From an uncultured delta proteobacterium (GTDB lineage: Bacteria; Myxococcota; Myxococcia; Myxococcales; Myxococcaceae): a stretch of 64,000 nt of DNA. A model generated the notes under the pieces. That model did no database searches and was not told the origin of the DNA. It saw only the letters and a list, made by a program, of their open reading frames with translations. Numbering within the stretch: position 1 is the first letter of the stretch; the number at the start of each line of letters is the position of its first letter. Made by a program: the position numbers and the translations under genes. Below, piece by piece: positions 25,951 to 39,248 of this stretch. The stretch covers positions 64,001 through 128,000 of the forward strand of contig CAVYSY010000010.1 in assembly GCA_963771175.1 (NCBI GenBank), in the 5' to 3' direction.

Positions 25951-28900
25951 GGCGCACCTCCGGACAAGTCCTCTGGCAGCTTGAGTGCCGCGCGCAACTG
26001 CTTCGTCTTCTCCAGTATCTGCGCCTCCTCTATGTGAATGAGCAGCGTGCCTCGGTGCGTTCTCATGCCAGGAATTCTGAGCAGCTTGAGCCTGGTCGGC
26101 CCACTCAGCTTGTCTGTAATGACGAGAAACGGTTTCCCTCGAGGGGCCTTCGCCGCATCCGCGAGTTGGTCGAGCAGGCGCTGGAGTTGCTTTATTAGCG
26201 CCTCCTGCTGTTCGTTGAGCTTGGCGCCGCCCTGTCTGGCCAGCCAGGCGTCGAGCGCCTTGCGCCACCTGTCTTCGTTCCAACCCTTTACTTCCACCCC
26301 GTGTTGAAGCTTTGACTCCATCATCGCCGTAAGCACGTTGTCGATGATGTGCCCGTCTTTCATTTGTCACCTGCCGCCCGGTCAGCCGGAAGCCCGGGAA
26401 GAGCTTCCGCGCATTGCGCTCTGTCAGCATCTCCGCCGCGATGCCTCGGAGTCGCTCGCGCACCCGCCGTTGCAGCTTGAAATTCCCCGGTTCCGCCGCC
26501 GCCTGCTGGACAGTCTTTCCACGGCGTCATCTTGTTCCTGGCCATGGCGTTGAGGTCCTCCAGGGTCAGCCCCGTCGAGCGCAGCCAGCCCAGGTCCACG
26601 CTGCCCCTGCATGCTTTCCTCGCCAGCTCAGCCACTGCCTCGGCTTCCAGTTCCGGGTGGCTGACGAGCCACTCGGCCTCCTTCAGGAAGGCATGCGGGT
26701 CCGTCAGGCTCGGCGCTCCTGAGCGGCGCAGCAATCCCGGTAGCGCCGGCTTCGCCGCACCGCGGGCGGAGGCGCGCAGCTTTTCCACCGCGGCGAGGTA
26801 CGCCTGGGCCTTGTCCGCCGGGAGGGCCGCCGCGCGCCTCGCCACGGCGTTGTAGGCGAGCGCCATCTCCTGGCTCTCCGCCGCCAGCAGTTTCAGTGCG
26901 TCCAGGGTCTTCTCGGCCTCCTGGACCGCGAGCCCCGCGCCGCGAATGCCACCGAGGGCCCGTGCAGCGGCCATCTCCCCCCGTATGGCGAAGAAGGCCT
27001 GCTTGAGGGCCTCGGCGCCGCCAGGGAGGGAAAACCGCAGTCCGTCCGGTGTCGCAACGACCTTGCCCTCGGCGAGCATCCGCTCCAGCGTCTTCGCCAG
27101 GGCCTGGATGGACTCCACGGACTCGCGCAGTCCAGCCGAGGCCCGTGCGCCAGACTGGCTCAACACCCGCCCTCCCCGGTGCGCCAGCTCGCGCCAGATG
27201 CCCGAGGTGGCCAGCTTGGAAATGTCCCTTCCGGCCAGTGCGAGCATGGCCACGTCATGCACCGCGAGAAAGGCCCGTCCCTCCGGCGTCCGCGACAGCT
27301 CGTCGCGCCAGGTGTCCACCACCGCCAGGGTCGTCACCAGGGACATGCGGCCGATGAACTGGCGCACCGCCGCCTGACGCGCCGCCGCCACCGTGCCGCT
27401 CTTGCGCGGCGGTGGCCGTCACCCCTGTCAGCAGCGGCGCCCGCGCCAATGCCGACATGGCGCCGTAAACGATGTGCATCTCACTGATGCGGCCCAGCGC
27501 CGCCCAGAGAAGCGGTGTGTCCGGCAGGGAGGCGAGCAGGGCCAGCTCCATGGCCGTCATGAGGTGGGTGCGCGGCTGTGGCCCATGGACTTCCACGCGC
27601 ACCCACTCGAGCGGGTGCAGGGCGCGGCTGCGTGGCCCCTCCTCCACCGAGGAGAGGTAGCGCGCCTGGAATTGCTGCCGCACCGGCTCGAAGTACAGGG
27701 CCATGCGCTGGGAGGCCCCGGCCACCTCTCCCGGCAGGGCGGGTTCCGCGCCCAGGCGCACTCCCTGCTTCGCGTCCCACGCCTCCGGCGCCACCAGCGT
27801 CGTGGACACCAGCCCGGAGGGCACGTTCAGCAGGTGGGTCGTCTCGCCCTCTCGCCCCAGGTGGAAGGTGGGCAGGGCGTCGAGTGAGTCGAGCACGAGG
27901 GGAAACGAGGCCAGCGCCTTCTGGGTGAAGGCCCGTCCCAGCAGCACCTTGGCGGGCGCGTCGCCGCCGAGCAGCTTCTCCAGCACCTCGCCCGAGGTGA
28001 GCCCGCGCTCCAGGGCGGGAAACTCCTGGGCGGGCATGGACAGCACCACCCGCGCGAGCAGGTGCACGGCGTCCTCCTCCAGGCTCGTCGGAGGCGAGGA
28101 CGGTGTCGAAGACGCCCAGGCGCTCGTCCCGGGTGAGCAGGGAGAGCACGTCATGGTCGAGCCCGAGGAGGGGCTGGGGCGCGTCCGGTGTCGCCGCGGC
28201 GAGGGCCGCGTCCAGAATCTCCCGCCGCAGGGCCGCCAGCTCGCCCGTGCCGCTCCCCATCCCCACCCGCCAGTCCCCCGGGCGGATGAAGAGCGTCCCG
28301 GGGTAGTACCAGTAGAAGTTGCCCTCGGGGTGCTCGAGCGGCTCGGGGGCACCGGCGGCGACGCGGAATTCGACGCTGTAGCCACGCCAGCGCCCATCCT
28401 CCCCGGGGATGATGAGGCGCGGGCCGCTACGTGGAAGGTTGCGCACCCGGAGCTCCGCGCGCTCCAGGGAGCGCTCCTCGGTGAGCAGCACCTGGAGGTG
28501 CACCTGGACGCTGGAGCCGTCCGGGAAATAGAAGCGGCCCACCACGTCTCCCGGAGAGAGAACGGGCGAGCCATCCGTGACGGAGTAGCTCGTCTTCCAG
28601 GCCTTGGAGCGCAGGGCGATGGCCTTCTGCAGGGGCTCGGAGGACTCTCCGAGGAAGTGCCAGTCCTGGGCGAGGGTGTCCCCCAGGTGCCAGCGCGGCG
28701 GCTCGTCTCGCCAGGGCGCGAGCGCCTGGAGGTAGCGGTCGAAATAGCTCTGGCCGGAGCCGTCCAGGATGTCCGAGCGCTGGGACCAGCGCAGGCCGCG
28801 CTCCACCAGCGCGGCGGCCCCGGCCTTGTCGAGGGACGTCGCCGTGAGCTGGGAGCGGCTCCACGCGACATCCGCCTCCAGTTGCGCGTCCAGGGCGCCG

Positions 28901-29709
28901 CGCATGGCGGCGAGAAGCTCGGGCAGGAGCGCTGGCGGATGGCGCACGCGCACGCGCACGCGTGGCCCTCCCTCCGCGTCAGGTGGGGCCGCGAGGGGCT
29001 CGAAGTCGAAAGAGTCCACCGCGGACGCATCCCCGAAAAGCCGTGAGGCGAGCTCCTCCCGCGAGACATGACCGGGAACCCAGAGCAGCTCGGGCCGCTC
29101 CGGGTCAACCTGGACGGGGAACGGGGCCTCCTGGAGGGAGAGGAAGTCCAGCGCGTCGGCCTCGTCCTCCGGTGTGTCCTCCAGCTCGGGCTCGGACAGC
29201 TCGTCCTCTAGCCACTCTGGCGGGATGTCGTGCTCCATGGGTGGGAGACGCCAGGTGCGCACCAGGGCGGGCTTGCCCGCGTGCTTCCAGTCCCACTCAT
29301 AGGTGAGAGTGAGCAGCTCTCCGGCGCCAGCTTCCGCCGGGACGTGTACCTCCACCTCCTCCCGCCCTGGCTCTCGGTTGACCACCCGGGGCAGGGCCGT
29401 GGGCGGGTAGGCCTCGAGCGGGTCCACCCGCAGCCGCTGGTCCTCGCCCCAACCCAGCGCGCCCGCGGCGATGATCTCAGCGCCTGCCCTCACCACCAGA
29501 CGCCCCGGCTCCACCACCCGCAAGGAGAGCACGCCCTCCTCCTGCCAGACTTCCAGGCGGGGGCTGTGTGCATCCTCCCGCGGGCGCGCATCCACCGAGA
29601 GCGTCACCCTCTCTCTCCTCAGCTCGCCACTGGCCGCGCTCATGCTGGCTACAAGGAAGCTCGTAACCAAGAGGGCCTGGAGGCTCTTCGCACAGGCGGC
29701 TTCACGCAT
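25947..29709 (-). CDS. Large secreted protein (~1250 aa reassembled) with C-terminal PD-(D/E)xK nuclease-like domain; candidate polymorphic toxin
   Basis: ORF pieces 29709-28085, 28085-27395, 27391-26510, 26510-26365 and 26363-25947 (approximate joins) connect by single-base shifts; N-terminal signal-like KSLQALLVTSFLVASMSAAS; C-terminal RGIAAEM...HIIDNVL...GVEVKGW. Confidence 0.65.
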
Positions 29710-29785
29710 GTTCCCACCCCTGCGCTTTTTCGGCTCCCTCCCAGGACTCCGCCGGAAGCGTGGGTGAGGACCCTCACTCTCATTG

Positions 29786-29820
29786 AGCCCCTCCGCGAGG
29801 AAGGGGTCCTCGCGAAGGGC
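29786..29820 (-). terminator. Hairpin downstream of sbnB
   Basis: CGCGAGGA-agggg-TCCTCGCG core with flanking GCCC/GGGC pairing. Confidence 0.4.
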
Positions 29821-29861
29821 TTCTGGCTCCGGGATTTGTTAGAGAACTTTTGGCGACCTGC

Positions 29862-30875
29862 CTAGCGCGTCAGCTCGTAGAAGAAGTCGTCGATGCGCAC
29901 GGCCTTCCCGGCCGCCTTCGCCTGCTCGAACACCCACGAGCCCACGGCCAGGTCCAGCACGCCCAGCCCGAAGGGCGAGAAGAGGATGGGGCGCGTGCGG
30001 TCCACCTTGCACTCGCCCTGGATGAGCTGGGCCAGCGTGCCGGTGACGAAGTCTCGTCCCCCGCTGAGCTTCTCCGCCAGGTGGGGCGACGTGTTGGCCT
30101 TCATCACGTGCTCCACGTCATCCACGATGTTGTAGCTCTGGAGGACGATCTCCGGCGACACATCGCGCAGCGAGATGTTGAGCACGATGGGATTGTGGGC
30201 CAGCAGGCTGGCGTCGGTGATGTAGGGCGTGGGCACCGTGGTGGCCAGCAGCACCATGTCGCTGGAGCGCAGCGCGGTGGCCAGATCCGGCGCCACGTGG
30301 ATGTGCCGATGCCGCGTCTTGTCGCACACGTTGTCCGCGAAGCGCTGGGCCTCGCCGGGCGTCGTGTCGTACAGCCACACCTCGTCCACTTCCCAGCCCA
30401 TCTTCAGGAAGAAGTCGTAGATGTAGCGGGCGATGAGGCCGTTGCCCACGATGCTCAGCGAGCGCGTGCGCCGCTGCCCTCCGTTCAACCACTGCGCGGC
30501 CAGCACCGCCGAGCCCGCCGTGCGGGCCGCCGAGATGATGGAGCTCTCCAGACAGGCGAAGGGGTAGCCCGTCTCGTAGTCATTGAGCAGCAGCGCCGCC
30601 GAGGCCCGCGGGAAGCCCTTCTTCACGTTCGCCGGGAAGCTGGAGATCCACTTCAGGCCCGCCACGTCGTAGTCCCCGCCCAGGTAGGCCGGGAGGGCGA
30701 TGATGCGGGCGTCCGGCTTGTCGGGAAAGCGCAGGAAGTAGCTGTCCGGGTTGACGCTCTTGCGCGCCCCATGGAGCAGATAGGCGCGCTCCACCTGCTG
30801 GACGCAGCCGGCGATGTCGCCGTGGATGATCTCGTGGATGGCCTTGCCGGGAACGATGGAGAATTCGAAGGACAT
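29862..30875 (-). CDS. sbnB: 2,3-diaminopropionate biosynthesis protein SbnB (ornithine cyclodeaminase family)
   Basis: VNPDSYFLRFP, RIIALPA, GLKWISSFPAN, PRASA, ISAARTA, LNISLRD, FSPFGLGVLDLAVG. Confidence 0.9.
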   Translation of the reverse strand: MSFEFSIVPGKAIHEIIHGDIAGCVQQVERAYLLHGARKSVNPDSYFLRFPDKPDARIIALPAYLGGDYDVAGLKWISSFPANVKKGFPRASAALLLNDYETGYPFACLESSIISAARTAGSAVLAAQWLNGGQRRTRSLSIVGNGLIARYIYDFFLKMGWEVDEVWLYDTTPGEAQRFADNVCDKTRHRHIHVAPDLATALRSSDMVLLATTVPTPYITDASLLAHNPIVLNISLRDVSPEIVLQSYNIVDDVEHVMKANTSPHLAEKLSGGRDFVTGTLAQLIQGECKVDRTRPILFSPFGLGVLDLAVGSWVFEQAKAAGKAVRIDDFFYELTR

Positions 30876-30939
30876 GGAGTGACTCCTGAGGAGAACTCCA
30901 GCTTATTCCTGGTTCCTGGCGAAGACCGTCTACTTTCGG

Positions 30940-30987
30940 AAAAAGACGACGGCCCGACCACCGCGGAGGAGCGCGGGAGCCGGGCCG
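30940..30987 (-). terminator. Probable intrinsic terminator after ndk
   Basis: Minus strand reads CGGCCCG..CCGCG-loop-CGCGG..CGGGCCG followed by TCGTCTTTTT. Confidence 0.55.
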
Positions 30988-31012
30988 GGTCATAGGCACG
31001 AAGCCCTACCGA

Positions 31013-31456
31013 TTACTTCTTGGCGGACCAGTCGTAGCCGTGGATCTCGGTCTCGCGGAAGAAGTACGCGATCTCGATCTTGGCGTTGTCCAGGCTGTCC
31101 GAGCCGTGCACCGTGTTCTGGTCGATGCTGGTGGCGAAGTCGCGGCGGATGGTGCCGGGGGCGGCGTTGGCCGGGTTGGTGGCGCCCATGATGTCGCGGT
31201 TGGCCAGGACGGCGTTCTCACCCTCCAGCACCATGAGCACCACGGGGCCGGAGATCATGAAGTTCACCAGGTCCTTGAAGAAGGGACGCGCCTTGTGGAC
31301 GGCGTAGAACCCCTCGGCCTGGGCCTGGGAAAGCTGCTGCAGACGGATGGCGACCGGCTTCAGACCCTTCTCCTCGAAGCGGGAGATGATCTTGCCAATG
31401 ACGCCCTTCTGGAGCCCGTCGGGCTTGATGATGGACAGCGTACGCTCGATGGCCAT
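31013..31456 (-). CDS. ndk: Nucleoside diphosphate kinase
   Basis: [30 protein letters not shown]. Confidence 0.98.
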   Translation of the reverse strand: MAIERTLSIIKPDGLQKGVIGKIISRFEEKGLKPVAIRLQQLSQAQAEGFYAVHKARPFFKDLVNFMISGPVVLMVLEGENAVLANRDIMGATNPANAAPGTIRRDFATSIDQNTVHGSDSLDNAKIEIAYFFRETEIHGYDWSAKK

Positions 31457-31492
31457 TGTGGTGGTCCTCGGTGTGTCGTGTGGAAGGTGGAA

Positions 31493-32395
31493 CTAGCGGT
31501 TCTTCTTGGGGACGCCGCGCTTGACGGCCTCCTGCAGCGTGGTGCCGAGCTCGGCGGGGCTGGCGGCCATGACGATGCCCGCGGCCTCCATGGCCTTGAT
31601 CTTCTCCGAGGCCGTGCCCTTGCCACCGGAGATGATCGCGCCGGCGTGACCCATGCGCTTGCCCGGGGGAGCCGACTGGCCGGCGATGAAGCCGGCGATG
31701 GGCTTGGTGAACTCGCGCGCCACGTACTCGGCGCCGCGCTCCTCGGCCTCGCCACCGATCTCGCCGATCATGATGACGGCATCCGTCTCGGGGTCGGCGT
31801 TGAAGAGCTTCAGCACGTCCACGAAGTCCGTGCCGTTCACCGGGTCACCGCCGATGCCCACTGCGGTGGACTGGCCCAGACCCAGCTGGGTGAGCTGGAA
31901 CACGGCCTCGTAGGTGAGCGTACCGGAGCGCGACACCACGCCGATGCGGCCCGGCTTGTGGATGTGGCCCGGCATGATGCCGATCTTGCACTGGGCGCCC
32001 GGGGTGATGACGCCGGGGCAGTTGGGGCCGATCAGGCGAACGCCCGGCTTCCCCTGCAGGTAGCGCTTGGCCTTCACCATGTCGTTGACGGGGATGCCCT
32101 CGGTGATGACGATGATGAGGGCGATGCCCGCGTCGGCGGCCTCCATGATGGAGTCGGCGGCGAAGGGGGGCGGAACGAAGATGACCGAGGTGTTGGCACC
32201 GGTCTCCTTCACCGCGTCGGCCACCGTGTTGAACACGGGGACCTTGCCCTCGAAGGTGGTGCCGCCCTTGCCCGGCGTGACGCCAGCGACCAGCTTCGTT
32301 CCGTACTCCAGCATCTGCTTGGAGTGGAACGAGCCCGCCGAGCCGGTGATGCCCTGGCAGAGGACCTTCGTGTTCTCGTTGACGAGGATGCTCAT
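31493..32395 (-). CDS. sucD: Succinyl-CoA synthetase alpha subunit
   Basis: [27 protein letters not shown]. Confidence 0.98.
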   Translation of the reverse strand: MSILVNENTKVLCQGITGSAGSFHSKQMLEYGTKLVAGVTPGKGGTTFEGKVPVFNTVADAVKETGANTSVIFVPPPFAADSIMEAADAGIALIIVITEGIPVNDMVKAKRYLQGKPGVRLIGPNCPGVITPGAQCKIGIMPGHIHKPGRIGVVSRSGTLTYEAVFQLTQLGLGQSTAVGIGGDPVNGTDFVDVLKLFNADPETDAVIMIGEIGGEAEERGAEYVAREFTKPIAGFIAGQSAPPGKRMGHAGAIISGGKGTASEKIKAMEAAGIVMAASPAELGTTLQEAVKRGVPKKNR

Positions 32396-32415
32396 GGCTT
32401 GAACCTTTCTCTGCC

Positions 32416-33576
32416 TTACTTCAGCGCCGCGACGGCCTTCTCGGCGGCCTGGCGGAGGTTGTCGGCGGGGGTGATGGCGAGGCCGGAGTTGCGCAGCAGC
32501 TCCTTGCCCTTCTCCACGTTGGTGCCCTCGAGCCGCACCACGAGCGGAACCTTGAGCTGCACTTCCTTCGCCGCGGCGATGACGCCCTCGGCGATGACGT
32601 CACACTTCATGATGCCGCCGAAGATGTTGACGAGCACCGCCTTCACGGCCGGGTCGGCGAGGATCAGCTTGAAGGCCGCCGTCACCTTCTCCTTGCTCGC
32701 GCCGCCGCCCACGTCCAGGAAGTTGGCCGGAGCACCACCCACCAGCTTGATGGTGTCCATGGTGGCCATGGCCAGACCGGCGCCATTCACCATGCAGCCG
32801 ATGTTGCCCTCCAGCGCGATGTAGGCCAGGTCCCACTCCTTCGCCTGGGTCTCGCGCGGCTCCTCCTCGGCGATGTCGCGGTACTCCAGCAGTTCCTTGT
32901 GCCGGTAGAGCGCGTTCTCGTCGAAGTCCACCTTCGCGTCGAGCGCCACCACGCCGCCGTCCTTGAGGATGACGAGCGGGTTGATCTCCACCAGGGAGGA
33001 GTCCGTCTCCACGAACATGCGGTAGAGCGCGGAGCAGAACTGGACGAACTTGTTCACCGTGGGGCCGGTGAGGCCCAGGGCGAAGGCCAGCTTGCGGCCC
33101 TGGAAGTCCTGGAAGCCCACCGCCGGGTCCACCGCCTCGCGGAGGATCTTCTCGGGGCTGTGGGCGGCCACTTCCTCGATCTCCACGCCACCCTCACGGG
33201 AGGCCATGAAGGTGATGCGCGAGGTGGCGCGATCCAGCGTCACGCCGAGGTACAGCTCCTGAGCGATGGCCTGGCCTTCCTCGATGTAGACCTTGTGGAC
33301 CGTCTGGCCCTCGGGGCCGGTCTGGATCGTCTTGAGCTTCATGCCAAGCATCTGCTTGGCGAGCTCCTTGGCCTCGGCGGGGCTCTTGGCGAGCTTCACG
33401 CCGCCGCCCTTGCCGCGACCGCCCGCGTGAATCTGGGCCTTCACGACGACGATGGGGGTGCCCAGCTCCTTGGCGGCCGCCTCGGCCTCATTGGGCGAGA
33501 GCGCGAGAATGCCCCTCGGCGTGGGGACCCCATACTTCCGGAAGAGTTCCTTGCCCTGGTACTCGTGGATCTTCAT
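32416..33576 (-). CDS. sucC: Succinyl-CoA synthetase beta subunit
   Basis: [44 protein letters not shown]. Confidence 0.98.
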   Translation of the reverse strand: MKIHEYQGKELFRKYGVPTPRGILALSPNEAEAAAKELGTPIVVVKAQIHAGGRGKGGGVKLAKSPAEAKELAKQMLGMKLKTIQTGPEGQTVHKVYIEEGQAIAQELYLGVTLDRATSRITFMASREGGVEIEEVAAHSPEKILREAVDPAVGFQDFQGRKLAFALGLTGPTVNKFVQFCSALYRMFVETDSSLVEINPLVILKDGGVVALDAKVDFDENALYRHKELLEYRDIAEEEPRETQAKEWDLAYIALEGNIGCMVNGAGLAMATMDTIKLVGGAPANFLDVGGGASKEKVTAAFKLILADPAVKAVLVNIFGGIMKCDVIAEGVIAAAKEVQLKVPLVVRLEGTNVEKGKELLRNSGLAITPADNLRQAAEKAVAALK

Positions 33577-33799
33577 CGAAGCTCCGGGTGACGCGAGTGA
33601 CGCGAGACTGGCACCCGGGAACGAGTCCCGGGGGGATGACGCGGTGCCTCTCTCGCGCAGAATGGCCCGCTTGGCAAGGCCCTACTGTCAAGGGCCAAAC
33701 TGGCGGACCGGAAATGAATCGAGGCCCCGAGCCGGCGAGGAACGGCCGGATACGGGGCCCCGACTATGAAACGGCCCTCGAACGACGGGCGCTCCCCTG

Positions 33800-34630
33800 C
33801 TACCCCGGCCCGCCGGACGCCTTCTTCTCGCCAGACAGGTCGAAGAAGATGTCCTTGATGACCTGCTTGGTCACCTCGCGGTTCATCGCCGCGATGGAGG
33901 TGGTGAGCGGGATCTCCTTCGGGCACACCTTCACGCAGTTCTGCGCCTTGCCGCAGTCCTGGATGCCGCCCGGACCCATGAGCCCCCGGACGCGCTCCTC
34001 GGCGTTCATCTTGCCCGTGGGGTTCATGTTGAACAGACGGGCCTGGCTGATGGCGGCGGCACCGACGAAGTCGTTGTCGATCGTCACCTGGGGGCACGCC
34101 TCGACGCAGCTGCCGCAGGTGATGCACTCGGACAGCTTGTACATCACCGTGTGATCACTCTGGGACTGGCGCGGGCCAGGACCCAGGTTGTGCGTGCCGT
34201 CGATGTTGATCCACGCCTTGACGCGCTTGAGCGCCTCGAACATGCGGCTGCGATCCACCGCCAGGTCGCGCGTGACCGGGAACTTCTTCATCGGCTCCAG
34301 GGTGATGATGGGCTCCCCGTCCCCGATGATCTTGTCGATCAGCGCCGAGCAGGCCATGCGGACCCGCCCGTTGATGTTCATGGCGCAGCTGCCGCACACC
34401 TCCTCGAGGCAGGCGGCGTCCCAGATGACCGGGGGGACCTTGCGGCCGTCCACGGTCACGGGGTTGCGCTGGATCTCCATCAGGCAGGAGACGACGTTGG
34501 CGCCCTTGCCGTAGGGGACGCGGAACTCGTCGAAGTGCCCCGGCTTGTCCGGGCCGTCCTGGCGCCAGATGCGGAAGGTGACGTGCTTGGTGTGGGTGCT
34601 GACAGGCGCCTGAGCGGTCGCGTTGTCCAT
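33800..34630 (-). CDS. sdhB: Succinate dehydrogenase iron-sulfur subunit
   Basis: CLEEVCGSC...C, CITCGSCVEACP, CGKAQNCVKVCP. Confidence 0.96.
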   Translation of the reverse strand: MDNATAQAPVSTHTKHVTFRIWRQDGPDKPGHFDEFRVPYGKGANVVSCLMEIQRNPVTVDGRKVPPVIWDAACLEEVCGSCAMNINGRVRMACSALIDKIIGDGEPIITLEPMKKFPVTRDLAVDRSRMFEALKRVKAWINIDGTHNLGPGPRQSQSDHTVMYKLSECITCGSCVEACPQVTIDNDFVGAAAISQARLFNMNPTGKMNAEERVRGLMGPGGIQDCGKAQNCVKVCPKEIPLTTSIAAMNREVTKQVIKDIFFDLSGEKKASGGPG

Positions 34631-34646
34631 GTCGTTCCCTCCTTGA

Positions 34647-36527
34647 CTAGGCGTACCAGCGCGGCTCGGGGTCGAGCACGGGCGTGGGGATTTCCTCGTA
34701 GCTGATCTGCGGGCCCTCGACCGAGTGCTTCGCGATGGTCGTCTTGGCCCACTTCTCGTGGCGCTTCTTCCAGAGCTCCATCCACTGGGGATCCTCGCGA
34801 GGATCCTTCGACTTGGGCTCGGGCAGCGAGAAGTCCGGCTTGTAGTGGGCGCCGCGGCTCTCGTCGCGCATCAGCGCGCTCTTGGCGATCACCTCGGCCA
34901 GCTCGAACATGTTCCAGAGCTGGTTGATGTACGAGATGCTCCGGTTGCCCACGTTGCCGGTGTCCAGCGCGTTGCAGTTCTTCCACCGCTCCTTGAAGTC
35001 GCGGACGCGCTCCACCGTCTTCTTCAGGCGGTCGTTGTAGCGGACGACGGTGCAGTTCTCCGTCATCAGATCGCCGAGCTCCTTGTTGAGCCCGTACGCG
35101 TTCTCCTTGCCGTCCATCTTCTTGATGGTGGCGAAGCGCTCCTCCCAGAACTTCTTCGCGTCGGCGAAGTACTTCTGGTGGTCCGCGTCGGCGGCGCTCT
35201 TGGACTGGCTCTTGGCGAAGGCCGCCATGGCCGGGCCGCCGATCATGCCGCCGTAGATGCAGGACAGCAGCGAGTTGGCGCCCAGGCGGTTCGCACCGTG
35301 GTAGGCGTAGTCCGCCTCGCCCGTGGCGTACAGGCCCGGGATGTTGGTGGACTGGTTGATGGGGCTGCCCACCAGCGGCGCCTGGGTCTGGGAATCCGCC
35401 TCGAAGCGCACGTAGAGGCCGCCCATCGAGTAGTGCATGCCCGGGAAGATCTTCATGGGCACGTAGCGCGGATCGTCACCCACGAACTTCTCGTAGATCT
35501 CCATCACGCCGCCCAGCTTGGCGGTGAGCACGTGGGCCGGGATGTGCGTGACGTCCAGGTAGACGGCGTCGCCGCCGTCGAGCCCCAGGCCCATCTCGCG
35601 GCACACCGTGAAGATCTCACGGGTGGCCACGTCGCGCGGCACCAGGTTCTTGTACTTGGGGTACTTCTCCTCGAGGAAGTAGAAGCGCTCGCTCTCGGGG
35701 ATGTCCTTGGGAGCGCGCGGGTCGCCCTTCTTGCGGGGCACCCAGACGCGGCCGCCCTCGCCGCGCACGGACTCGCTCATCAGGCGCAGCTTGTCCTCAC
35801 CCGGGATGGAGGTGGGGTGCACCTGGATGAACTCGCCGTTGGCGTAGATGGCGCCCTCCATGAAGGCGCGGCCGGCGGCGGTTCCGGTGTTGATGATGGA
35901 GTTGGTGGAGCGCCCGAAGACGATGCCCGGACCACCGGTGGCCAGGCAGACGGCCTCGGCCGGGAAGGTGCGGATCTCATTGGTCCGCAGGTCCATGGCC
36001 GTGCTGCCGATGACGCGGCCGGAGCCGTCCTTCACCGTGCCCAACCACTCCCAGTACTCGTACTTGGTGACGCGACCCTCGGCCTCCCAGCGGCGCACCT
36101 GCTCGTCCAGCGCGTACAGGAGCTGCTGGCCGGTGGTGGCACCCGCGAAGGCCGTGCGGTGGTGCAGCGTGCCGCCGAAGCGGCGGAAGTCCAGCAGGCC
36201 CTCGGGCGTGCGGTTGAAGGTCACGCCCATGCGGTCGAGCAGGTAGATGATGCCCGGGGCCGCGTGGCACATGCCCTTCACGGAGATCTGCTCGGCCAGG
36301 AAGTCGCCGCCGCGCAGCGTGTCCTTGACGTGGATGTCCGGGGAGTCGCCCTCACCCTTGGTATTCACCGCGCCGTTGATGCCGCCCTGGGCGCAGACCG
36401 AGTGGGAACGCTTCACCGGCACGAGCGACAGGATGTCGACCTGGTGACCGGCCTCGGCCAGCTTGATGGTGGTCATCAGCCCGGCGAGTCCGCCGCCCAC
36501 CACCGTGAACCGCGCTGCTGCTGCCAT
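34647..36527 (-). CDS. sdhA: Succinate dehydrogenase flavoprotein subunit
   Basis: VVGGGLAG, RSHSVCAQGG, QVHPT, HYSMGG, HGANRLGANSL, ESRGAH; ATG at 36527 preceded by AAGGAG. Confidence 0.96.
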   Translation of the reverse strand: MAAAARFTVVGGGLAGLMTTIKLAEAGHQVDILSLVPVKRSHSVCAQGGINGAVNTKGEGDSPDIHVKDTLRGGDFLAEQISVKGMCHAAPGIIYLLDRMGVTFNRTPEGLLDFRRFGGTLHHRTAFAGATTGQQLLYALDEQVRRWEAEGRVTKYEYWEWLGTVKDGSGRVIGSTAMDLRTNEIRTFPAEAVCLATGGPGIVFGRSTNSIINTGTAAGRAFMEGAIYANGEFIQVHPTSIPGEDKLRLMSESVRGEGGRVWVPRKKGDPRAPKDIPESERFYFLEEKYPKYKNLVPRDVATREIFTVCREMGLGLDGGDAVYLDVTHIPAHVLTAKLGGVMEIYEKFVGDDPRYVPMKIFPGMHYSMGGLYVRFEADSQTQAPLVGSPINQSTNIPGLYATGEADYAYHGANRLGANSLLSCIYGGMIGGPAMAAFAKSQSKSAADADHQKYFADAKKFWEERFATIKKMDGKENAYGLNKELGDLMTENCTVVRYNDRLKKTVERVRDFKERWKNCNALDTGNVGNRSISYINQLWNMFELAEVIAKSALMRDESRGAHYKPDFSLPEPKSKDPREDPQWMELWKKRHEKWAKTTIAKHSVEGPQISYEEIPTPVLDPEPRWYA

Positions 36528-36784
36528 GCTGCGTCTCCTTGGTGACCGGAGGGCCGGACGCCTCTTGGGGTCATGGCCGAAGCCACGCACGACTCCGCGA
36601 GCGCGCCGCCCGGACCTCCGGTGCGAATTCTAAAGGGCTAGTTAACTGGCTAATTCAGCGAGCCGCAAAGATTACCGGAACGAGGCGATTAGTCCGCTCC
36701 ATCCCCGGCATCAGCCCCGCTCAGCCCGTCCCGCGCGGCGGTTGAAACCCCCGCGCGGAACCAGGCCGCTCGCAGCGGGAAAGG

Positions 36785-39051
<2,267 letters not shown>

Positions 39052-39248
39052 GGACGAAGCTCCTGACTTGAAAGCTTGAAAGGGTGTGATCTTGTGGGCG
39101 GCGGATGCTTTGCGACACTGGCCTCCCGCGTCAAGGGAGTTCGGCTGCCCTTCGAGCGTCCTGACTTATCGGATCCAATCGCCCGGGGGGCGTCCGCCCG
39201 CACCGAGTGGGATTTCGGACCCTACTTCGCAGGGCACACCCCGGCTTT

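Noticed and set aside
25100..29860. Mobile element or restriction-modification system
   Set aside because: No integrase, transposase, terminal repeats or DNA methyltransferase seen; the signal peptide argues against a restriction enzyme.
33585..33610. Short tandem repeat GTGACGCGA x2 upstream of sucC (and GACTGATT x2 near 20242-20257)
   Set aside because: Only two short copies with no spacers; not CRISPR-like and not enough to call a regulatory site.
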